Shown here: positions 8,775-15,800 of the stretch, one piece after another
Layout of the letters: the number at the start of each line of letters is the position of its first letter
How positions within the stretch are numbered: the first letter of the stretch is position 1
Source of the DNA: Cylindrospermopsis raciborskii Cr2010
GTDB taxonomy: Bacteria; Cyanobacteriota; Cyanobacteriia; Cyanobacteriales; Nostocaceae
DNA length: 32,000 nt
NCBI RefSeq assembly: GCF_003367075.2
Contig: NZ_CP065936.1
Span: forward strand, 1,740,001 to 1,772,000
Reading direction: 5' to 3'
Program-made: the position numbers and the translations under genes
Notes under the pieces: generated by a model
The model's input: only the letters and a program-made list of their open reading frames with translations
The model's database searches: none
Told to the model about the DNA's origin: nothing

Positions 8775-10445
8775 GTGAAAATTCATAAATGGGCGATCGC
8801 CATATTATTGTGGGGTTTTGTTTTTCGGATGACTTGTGCGATCTATCTCAATACAGGCCTTGACGAAGCTTACTATTACCTGTATACCCAAAATCTCGAC
8901 TGGAGCTATTTCGATCATCCGCCCCTTGTCGCTTTTACTACAGGAATAGGCGTATGGCTGACAGGTGAAGTGACACCATTTACGATCAGAATTGGTGGAG
9001 TTGTACTGTATACAGGAACCCTAATTTTTTCCTATTTAGCTAGTCGCAAACTATTTGGTGATCGCGTCGCCACATTAACTTTAGTAATTTTGACGACTAT
9101 TCCGATTTTCCAAATTGCCTTTGGGATTCTCACACTACCAGACAACGCCTTAATGTTTTTCTGGAGTATCTGTTTGTGGCTGTGTGCTACTGAATTTTTT
9201 CCCTCTGGTGAGTCCTATGACCCTATTTATGACACAAGGCCCTATAGACCCACTTATAAACTTGCGCTTGTTGGCTTGCTAGTGGGCCTATCATTTTTAG
9301 GGAAGTATCATGGAGCATTGCTAGGCTGCGGCTTAGTTTTGTTTTGCCTGATTAGTAATCGATACCGTTGCGCTCTATTCTCCATCTGGACATTGGTAGC
9401 AGTCGTGCTATTTCTCATTGCCATTTCCCCCGTGCTGTATTGGAACTCACAGCATGAATGGACTTCTTTTCGATTCCAAAGTGGTCGTGCAGTTCCTTCT
9501 GTTGGCTATAATCTGGAACGTCTTTTAGTCACAATTTTAGTGGGGATTGGCTATCTATTTCCTACTTTTGGCTTTCCAATCTGGTGGACAAGTTTCCGTA
9601 CCTTTTGGGAGTGGTTACCCTTCAATAAATCTCAAACCCCTTCTAATTATGCTCATACTAAGAACATAGAACCAGAGGCGATCATGATAAATCAGCTTGC
9701 TCATGATCTAGTGGTTCAAAAGCGCTTGCTGATATTATGTGTGTCGATGCCAATCTTCTTTGGTTTTACCTTTATGGGTGGCTTTATCCAAATCCTTCCC
9801 TCATGGCATATGCCCGGATTTTTTGGGGCCACACTTTTGTTAGGCGAACGTGCAGCATTAGTGCAAGTCAAGCGTCCCAAATTTATCCGCAATTGGCTTT
9901 GGGGTTCGGGAATGGTAATTTTGCCACTGTTGCTCATTAGCTTGCTCCATATCCATTGGGGTATCGCGCAGAAGGGAGGCAATGTGGCGATCGCCGGCGG
10001 ATTCTGGGAAGCTAAGGATGATCCTTCCACGCAAATGATTGATATTGAACAGTTACGACAAGCATTTTTGGATTCACCTGACTTAAAAGCGGAATTAGAA
10101 AAAGCAGATTTTGTCTTTAGCAATAATTTCTTTGTAGCGGGACAAGTGGGTATGGCGATTGAGCCTCTCGGCAAAAAAGTGACCTGTTTCGACGAGGATT
10201 TGAGAGGTTTTGCTTATTGGAGTCAGGCCACAGATTTTGTTGGCAAAACTTCTCTGTATGTCACTTCTGAGCAGTTTATGATGGATGAGCACTTTCCGCA
10301 ACCGCTAGATAAATATAAAGGTTACTTTAAATCCTTAGAAAAGATTGCTGATATCGCCATTAAGCGAGGTGGGCAAGCTGTTCAGATTTTCCCAGTCTAT
10401 CGTGCTTCCCCCATGCTCAAACCCTATCCCAGACCCTATGGTTAA
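8775..10445 (+). CDS. ArnT/PMT_2-like (GT39/GT83-type) lipid-carrier-dependent glycosyltransferase
   Basis: 556 aa with a GTG start. 'GLDEAYYYLYTQNLDWSYFDHPPL' is the classic DE...HPPL signature of the ArnT/PMT_2 family. A polytopic N-terminal two-thirds is followed by a soluble C-terminal domain. It looks more GC-rich than neighbouring GT-C genes and contains two HIP1 sites. Confidence 0.8.
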   Translation: MKIHKWAIAILLWGFVFRMTCAIYLNTGLDEAYYYLYTQNLDWSYFDHPPLVAFTTGIGVWLTGEVTPFTIRIGGVVLYTGTLIFSYLASRKLFGDRVATLTLVILTTIPIFQIAFGILTLPDNALMFFWSICLWLCATEFFPSGESYDPIYDTRPYRPTYKLALVGLLVGLSFLGKYHGALLGCGLVLFCLISNRYRCALFSIWTLVAVVLFLIAISPVLYWNSQHEWTSFRFQSGRAVPSVGYNLERLLVTILVGIGYLFPTFGFPIWWTSFRTFWEWLPFNKSQTPSNYAHTKNIEPEAIMINQLAHDLVVQKRLLILCVSMPIFFGFTFMGGFIQILPSWHMPGFFGATLLLGERAALVQVKRPKFIRNWLWGSGMVILPLLLISLLHIHWGIAQKGGNVAIAGGFWEAKDDPSTQMIDIEQLRQAFLDSPDLKAELEKADFVFSNNFFVAGQVGMAIEPLGKKVTCFDEDLRGFAYWSQATDFVGKTSLYVTSEQFMMDEHFPQPLDKYKGYFKSLEKIADIAIKRGGQAVQIFPVYRASPMLKPYPRPYG

Positions 10446-10470
10446 ATGAAAGCTCTAACTTAACTGGACA

Positions 10471-10490
10471 GGTTCGGAGACCGTTTTTTT
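10471..10490 (+). terminator. Weak intrinsic terminator candidate after the 556-aa gene
   Basis: Short stem (ggtt/gacc with a cgga loop) followed by g plus a 7-T run, 26 nt after the stop codon. The stem is weak. Confidence 0.35.
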
Positions 10491-10497
10491 AATCTGT

Positions 10498-10528
10498 GGT
10501 TGGGTTGAGGAACGAAACCCAACACCCC
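10498..10528 (+). repeat. Short dispersed hairpin repeat, copy 1 (GGTTGGGTTGA-N5-GAAACCCAACACCCC)
   Basis: 8-bp stem gttgggtt/aacccaac with a 9-nt loop. It matches 14743-14773 exactly apart from the five loop bases. Confidence 0.8.
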
Positions 10529-10539
10529 CATGGGTAACT

Positions 10540-10633
10540 CATTTCTATTTGAGATTGTTTTGGAAATTTTAACATGTGATTTTAAGTAGATCATTCCATT
10601 GGATGAATTTGATAGTTGAAATTAGAAATTTCC
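10540..10633. repeat. Copy B of the duplicated segment; carries an orphan 5' fragment of a 535-aa-gene paralogue and overlaps the 3' end of the 846-aa gene
   Basis: The minus strand reads ATG TTA AAA TTT CCA AAA CAA TCT CAA ATA GAA ATG (MLKFPKQSQIEM). The intact gene at 8610 begins MLKFPRQSQIEM. After that the frame runs into the hairpin repeat and stops after 28 codons. Confidence 0.85.
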
Positions 10634-13162
10634 AACAATTGGTAGAAACTTCATGACATTTGTAATTGTTTTTAAAGTTTTTAACTCTGGTATATCTGGT
10701 TGGAGTTTTTCCGCTGTAACTAGATTTTTTTCTGCTTGTCTTGGTTGAAAGTTATAGAGATGCACAAATCCCAAATAAATCCAAGCATAGGGATTTTGGG
10801 AATCGTATTGAGTTATCTGAGTTAAGTTCTGTATTAACTCTGGTACTTGACGCTGCAAAAGTTGTGATAGGGCTAGGGTATACCGCCAATTTAGATTATT
10901 GGGTTCAGCTTGTAAATAATAATTGGCAGCAGTTTTGATCTGCTTGAGGTAATCTTGGGTTGGATCATACTGGTTGAAGTTGTCTATTTGGATAAATAGG
11001 TTCTCTAACTTACCCTGCTGAAATTCCATTGCCAATTGGGACATGCGAGAAACTAAATCCAAAGGTGGGGTTCTGTTTATTTTTTTGGGAGACGTGATAT
11101 CCTTTTGAATGTTCACAGTATAATTGATGTTATTTAGGGGTGTAATTTTTCCACTTTTTCTATCTACATAAAGTGCTGAAAGTTGATATTTTCCGGTTGG
11201 TAATGTTTGAGGAACAAAGGTAGATAGATTCTCTGTGACGCGGAAATTTCCCCCAGGATCACATTTTATACCACAATATAAATTTCCTAGGGCAATTCCG
11301 TGGTCATGATACCATGCTGATTTTCCATTTTGCCATTTTAGCAGTAACACGCCATTTTGTAACTTATCCCATGAACCGGTTATTTTATAGGTTATGGGGT
11401 TATTTTGATTGACAGTAAACTCATCGTTGAAAATGACTGTTTCTAGGTTAACTGGGTTCTGATCAGCTTGATCATAGCCCAGTTTCTCAACGACTATGTG
11501 GGGATTTACGCGATGATACAGTCGTAGTTTATTTCCTTGGGGTAATAGCCAATCGCTCTGCAATTTTAAGTCGGGAGAAGACTCTACCAAAAATTTGAGT
11601 TGACGTTTAGTTTCTCCCCTTTCTCCTGGTTCATCTGGTTCATTTTCCTTAGTTACATACCAGGACAAATACTGTAAATCCTGATCCATTTGAGATAATT
11701 TCATCGTTAGTTTTCTTCCATATACCCGAAAGTCAGCCAAGGTCCCAAAATAATCCAGGGTAAATTCATTAACTTCTGCTGTTGAAACTGGTATTACTCC
11801 CAAGGTGTTTCTTAAATATGGTGTGGTTTGGTTGATTGTTGTAATTAGCTCGCCCAGGGGATACTTTTTACTCTCGTCGCTGGGCAAATGTCTTCCACCC
11901 CAACTCTGAATCAGGGGGAGGGGAAATAAATTATTGATTAAAACAAGACTCCCTAATCCTATAGTTAATAATCTCAATCTATCAAACCATATATTTTGAA
12001 CTAAATTAAAGAAATAAGCAAGAATTACACTAATTACTGGAAGGCAAGGAAGAATAAATCTAATGTCTTTATTTGTACCCAGAGAAGAAATTATATAGCT
12101 GCTAATTAGAAAAATAAGTAACCAATTTACGGATGCTTGATTAAAGGTTAAATGAGATAGGTTAGATAGGTTATTTATAGGATTTTTACTAATATGGTTA
12201 AGGTCATGTTCACCAATCTGTTTGGTGATCTGTTTAATAATAAACACCAAGAAAACACCAATGCTAATAAATAATATGGGATATCCCACGCTTTCAGGAA
12301 TAGTTTGGGGATAATACATCCATCCAGCAATGGTGTTAAAAGTGGGATCTCCTTCGTTTTTACCCACATTGTTGGCATTTAATGCGGAAGTGATAATGGT
12401 TAACCAATTTAATCTGTACCAAAATCCACAAATCAACCAAGCAACTAGCAAAGACAACCCTGCTTGAATCAATTTGGTGATTTTTTCAGGGACTTTTAAT
12501 TTAGGAGCTTTTCTATTCCAAAGAAAACCAGTTAATGTCCAAACACCCGGAACAAAAAGGAAGATAAATCCTGTTGGTTTTGATAACATGATCAATCCTA
12601 TTCCTATCCCCAAAATCACCGTTAGGATCCATGATAAAAATCCAGTATGACGATCTTTCCACAATGTTAAAATCGTAAATGTCAAGATCACAACTGCTGT
12701 TAAACCATAATCTAGTAAATAATCTGTCCGCATGATTCCCAAAATGGGAAATAACAAGCAAAATATACTAGCTGTAATCCCAACTTTCCCATGAGGAAAT
12801 AAATAATTCCCCAAATAATATACGGAAAATATAATTATACCTGTATAGAATAAATTTACTAAAGTAGCTTGGTCATATCCCCTACCAAACAGTAAAAAAA
12901 ATGGTACTGTACAAATATATATAAATGGAGCTCGGTAACTGGGCGTTAACTCCCACAAGGATAACCACCAATTACCTGAGAAAATATTTACATCCTGAAA
13001 GACCCGATAATGATGTAGTGCTGCTGTTAGATGGGCACTTTGATCCCAAGCAGGAATAGACTCGTCTAGTAACAACCATGTTCTGTCTATAATTAATCCT
13101 ATGAACCAAATTGAGAAAAGGATGATATAGTCCTTGTTAGCTTTCAGATACACCCGTTTCAT
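10622..13162 (-). CDS. Large GT-C-type glycosyltransferase fusion: ArnT/PMT_2-like polytopic N-domain, large soluble domain and TPR-like C-terminus
   Basis: 846 aa. '[10 protein letters not shown]' is a first-loop acidic motif. About 410 residues of TM segments are followed by a soluble region of roughly 300 aa. The helical-repeat tail ('[34 protein letters not shown]') is TPR-like. Confidence 0.7.
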   Translation of the reverse strand: MKRVYLKANKDYIILFSIWFIGLIIDRTWLLLDESIPAWDQSAHLTAALHHYRVFQDVNIFSGNWWLSLWELTPSYRAPFIYICTVPFFLLFGRGYDQATLVNLFYTGIIIFSVYYLGNYLFPHGKVGITASIFCLLFPILGIMRTDYLLDYGLTAVVILTFTILTLWKDRHTGFLSWILTVILGIGIGLIMLSKPTGFIFLFVPGVWTLTGFLWNRKAPKLKVPEKITKLIQAGLSLLVAWLICGFWYRLNWLTIITSALNANNVGKNEGDPTFNTIAGWMYYPQTIPESVGYPILFISIGVFLVFIIKQITKQIGEHDLNHISKNPINNLSNLSHLTFNQASVNWLLIFLISSYIISSLGTNKDIRFILPCLPVISVILAYFFNLVQNIWFDRLRLLTIGLGSLVLINNLFPLPLIQSWGGRHLPSDESKKYPLGELITTINQTTPYLRNTLGVIPVSTAEVNEFTLDYFGTLADFRVYGRKLTMKLSQMDQDLQYLSWYVTKENEPDEPGERGETKRQLKFLVESSPDLKLQSDWLLPQGNKLRLYHRVNPHIVVEKLGYDQADQNPVNLETVIFNDEFTVNQNNPITYKITGSWDKLQNGVLLLKWQNGKSAWYHDHGIALGNLYCGIKCDPGGNFRVTENLSTFVPQTLPTGKYQLSALYVDRKSGKITPLNNINYTVNIQKDITSPKKINRTPPLDLVSRMSQLAMEFQQGKLENLFIQIDNFNQYDPTQDYLKQIKTAANYYLQAEPNNLNWRYTLALSQLLQRQVPELIQNLTQITQYDSQNPYAWIYLGFVHLYNFQPRQAEKNLVTAEKLQPDIPELKTLKTITNVMKFLPIVGNF

Positions 13163-13187
13163 TACTTACTTCCCAGTCAATAAATCA
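13156..13187. repeat. Upstream-flank repeat of the 846-aa gene (matches 8668-8699)
   Basis: gtttcattaCttacttcccagtcaataaatca vs gtttcattaGttacttcccagtcaataaatca. It covers the ATG of the 846-aa gene and most of the 41-bp divergent spacer to the GT2 gene. Confidence 0.85.
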
Positions 13188-13203
13188 GCAACAATATTTT
13201 AGC

Positions 13204-14166
13204 GTGAATCATCCCATCCACTCCCCCATCTACTCCTTAGTTGTCCCCATTTACAATGAAGAGGAAAACATTGAAGAAATGTACCGCCGTCTGAGCAATG
13301 TAATGGCCCAGTTGCAAGGCGAAGTTGAACTGATTTTAATAGATGATGGTAGTCGAGACCAGTCTTTGACCATGATTCGAAAACTACATCATCATGATAG
13401 TCGAGTTCGCTACTTGAGTCTAGCTAGAAATTTTGGTCATCAGATCGCGGTTACCGCAGGATTGAACTTTGTTCAGGGTCAAGCCATTATTGTTATGGAT
13501 GCTGATCTGCAAGACCCACCTGAATTAATCCTTTCTATGATTGATAAATGGCATGAAGGATATCAGGTGGTTTATGCTCAACGCATATCCCGTCATAAAG
13601 AAACTTGGTTCAAACGTCTCACAGCATACCTATTTTATCGCCTTTTACAACGTCTAGCTAAAGTAACCATTCCTGTAGATACGGGAGACTTTTGCCTAAT
13701 GGATAAACAAGTCGTAGATATTCTCAATGGGATGCCAGAACGTAACCGCTATATTCGTGGTTTACGTGCTTGGGTAGGATTTAAACAAACATCTGTAATG
13801 TTTGAAAGAAGTCCCCGCTATGCAGGAAAAGTTAAATATACCTTTAGTAAGTCCCTCTCTCTAGCAATTGATGGTATTATTTCATTTTCTACTGTTCCAT
13901 TAAGACTCGCAACTTATCTGGGCATTATTTCAGCTACTGTGGCTTTAATCATGATATTCCTGGTTCTATACTGGCGAATCTTTGCTCCTGTTTCCCAATT
14001 AATCGGGTACAGTCTGATTACAATTGCTATATTTTTCCTGGGATCAGTACAGCTGATTTGTATCGGGATTTTGGGAGAATATATTGGTAGGATTTATGAG
14101 GAAGTTAAAGCTCGTCCTTTGTATACCTTAAAAGAAACTGGTGGTTTTGACCCGCTAAATATCTAA
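13204..14166 (+). CDS. GT2 polyprenyl-phosphate glycosyltransferase (ArnC / GtrB / DPM1-like)
   Basis: 320 aa with a GTG start. '[13 protein letters not shown]', 'LIDDGSRD', '[12 protein letters not shown]' and two C-terminal TM helices give the typical architecture of Und-P/Dol-P sugar synthases. The sugar specificity cannot be read from the sequence. Confidence 0.85.
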   Translation: MNHPIHSPIYSLVVPIYNEEENIEEMYRRLSNVMAQLQGEVELILIDDGSRDQSLTMIRKLHHHDSRVRYLSLARNFGHQIAVTAGLNFVQGQAIIVMDADLQDPPELILSMIDKWHEGYQVVYAQRISRHKETWFKRLTAYLFYRLLQRLAKVTIPVDTGDFCLMDKQVVDILNGMPERNRYIRGLRAWVGFKQTSVMFERSPRYAGKVKYTFSKSLSLAIDGIISFSTVPLRLATYLGIISATVALIMIFLVLYWRIFAPVSQLIGYSLITIAIFFLGSVQLICIGILGEYIGRIYEEVKARPLYTLKETGGFDPLNI

Positions 14167-14195
14167 TTCAGTTTATATTAACCCATAAACAATAT

Positions 14196-14579
14196 TTGAG
14201 GATAATTCCTGTGTCACCTCAAGAATTTACTTTACTCCTGTTCTCTGTTCTCATTAGTGTTACCGGACAATTTCTCCTGAAAACAGGAGCCCTGAAACTA
14301 GGTAAGGTTCACGCGGGGAACTTTATTACTCATATTCTCAACATGATTACTGTCCCCGAACTATTGTTGGGACTCGCATGTTATGGTGTGGGAGCAATAG
14401 CATATATTTTACTGCTTACCCGCGTTAATCTCAGTATCGCTGGTCCCGCTGTCTCCGTGGGTTATATTTTTTCAGTAATGATAGGTCTTCTGGTGTTTAA
14501 AGAATCTATGCCTCTTACCCGTATATTAGGATTGGGTTTTATTGTCACAGGAGTAATATTATTGGTTAGACCTAATTGA
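14196..14579 (+). CDS. Small 4-TM EamA/SMR-like membrane protein, ArnE/ArnF-like lipid-linked sugar flippase candidate
   Basis: 127 aa and four hydrophobic helices, 29 nt downstream of the GT2 gene. This matches the arnC...arnE/F and gtrB/gtrA pairing logic. The start is TTG 14196 or GTG 14211. Confidence 0.65.
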   Translation: MRIIPVSPQEFTLLLFSVLISVTGQFLLKTGALKLGKVHAGNFITHILNMITVPELLLGLACYGVGAIAYILLLTRVNLSIAGPAVSVGYIFSVMIGLLVFKESMPLTRILGLGFIVTGVILLVRPN

Positions 14580-14735
14580 TCTTCTTATTAGTAATTTTGC
14601 GGATGGATAGATCAATCTTGTGAAGAATAAGATGTAATCATAAAGAAGGTAATGAAGGGTACAACTTCATCACCAGTTGTTATTGCAAAATATCATTATC
14701 AACATTAAGTAGGTGGGTGAAATTAAATATAAGAT

Positions 14736-14773
14736 GAACGTAGGTTGGGTTGAAGTATGAAACCCAACACCCC
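14736..14773 (+). repeat. Short dispersed hairpin repeat, copy 2 (with left extension gaacgta)
   Basis: The core at 14743-14773 matches copy 1. The left 16 nt (14736-14751, gaacgtaggttgggtt) recur in inverted orientation at 15785-15800. Confidence 0.8.
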
Positions 14774-14848
14774 TATCGCCAACCCATCCTACAAATAATT
14801 GCGCCTCCCTACTTATCAATTTTATTTTAAACACTAAGGAGCTATGGA

Positions 14849-15754
14849 GTGGAAAATAAAAGGATATCTTTTTGTCCACAGGGAGTATTAGTTATATTAC
14901 TGTGCTTAATTGGTGCTTTGGGAAGTGGGTTAGTGTTGTTTTTAAAAACAACTGCTTCTCCACCTCAAAATGATAATAATACTCCTCCCAGAATTTCTTC
15001 TAAGTTTACTAATGGAAAATCTCTGGATAGGTTTAAGACTACCATGCTCACTACTTGGCACAAAGAAGCACAATCTAAGGGGATAATTCCTGACGTACCT
15101 TCCCAGTTCCAAGGAAAAGTTATTAAGTCAGCTATCTTACCTTCTAATACAAAGGTTATAGCGCTTACCTTTGACGATGGTCCCTGGCCCAAAAGTACGG
15201 CCCAGGTTCTGGATATTCTCAACAAAAATGATATTAAGGGCACTTTCTTCGTAGTTGGAAAAAATGTCCAGCGCTATCCCGATTTAACTAGACGTATAGT
15301 TAATGAGGGTCATTCTATAGCTAATCACACTTGGCATCATTGGTATCACGCCATGAATCCTCAAGTTGCTGCATACGAAGTTGCAAGCACTACAGATATT
15401 ATATTCAAAACTACAGGAGTGAAAACAGGACTGTTTCGTCCCCCCGGTGGTGCTATGACTAATGGAGTCGCATCCTATGCTAAAAATAATCAATATGCTG
15501 TTATTATGTGGTCTTCCGATTCCATAGACTACTCTCGTCCTAATCCTAAGAAAATTATTAGTAATGTTTTTAAAACAGCACAATCTGGAGGAATTGTGTT
15601 AATGCATGATGGAGGAGGAGATCGCTCTCATACTGTTAAAGCTTTACCACAAATTATTAATAAGTTTCGCAAGCAGGGCTACAGTTTTGTCACTGTTCCA
15701 CAATTGCTAGAAATGCAGGAGAAACCAAAACAGGTAGTTGCTAAGAAGAAATGA
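14849..15754 (+). CDS. Polysaccharide deacetylase, CE4 / NodB-homology family, with N-terminal membrane anchor or signal
   Basis: 'ALTFDDGPW' (motif 1, catalytic Asp and metal Asp), 'HSIANHTWHH' (motif 2, His-His), 'RPPGG' (motif 3) and 'LMHDGG'. The N-terminal hydrophobic segment is 'GVLVILLCLIGALGSGLVLFL'. GTG start. Confidence 0.85.
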   Translation: MENKRISFCPQGVLVILLCLIGALGSGLVLFLKTTASPPQNDNNTPPRISSKFTNGKSLDRFKTTMLTTWHKEAQSKGIIPDVPSQFQGKVIKSAILPSNTKVIALTFDDGPWPKSTAQVLDILNKNDIKGTFFVVGKNVQRYPDLTRRIVNEGHSIANHTWHHWYHAMNPQVAAYEVASTTDIIFKTTGVKTGLFRPPGGAMTNGVASYAKNNQYAVIMWSSDSIDYSRPNPKKIISNVFKTAQSGGIVLMHDGGGDRSHTVKALPQIINKFRKQGYSFVTVPQLLEMQEKPKQVVAKKK

Positions 15755-15784
15755 ACAGGGGAATCTAACTTCCCCCATGACTTG

Positions 15785-15800
15785 AACCCAACCTACGTTC
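15785..15800 (-). repeat. Partial inverted copy 3 of the hairpin repeat (left arm only)
   Basis: The reverse complement equals gaacgtaggttgggtt, a 16/16 match to 14736-14751. It overlaps the last codons and the TAG stop of the glutamate synthase gene. Confidence 0.65.

Noticed and set aside
9716-10174. 152-aa minus-strand ORF, plus 67-68-aa ORFs at 9737-9940 and 10095-10301
   Set aside because: They lie entirely inside the 556-aa ArnT-like gene, which has clear family motifs. The antisense frame is rich in Ser, Pro, Cys and Ile with no recognisable domain.
10741-12761. 65-82-aa ORFs within the 846-aa gene region
   Set aside because: They are shadow ORFs within or antisense to a continuous 2.5-kb ORF.
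14670-14879. 69-aa minus-strand ORF in the spacer before the CE4 gene
   Set aside because: It reads straight through the hairpin repeat element and overlaps the CE4 start. Most likely it is a by-product of the repeat.
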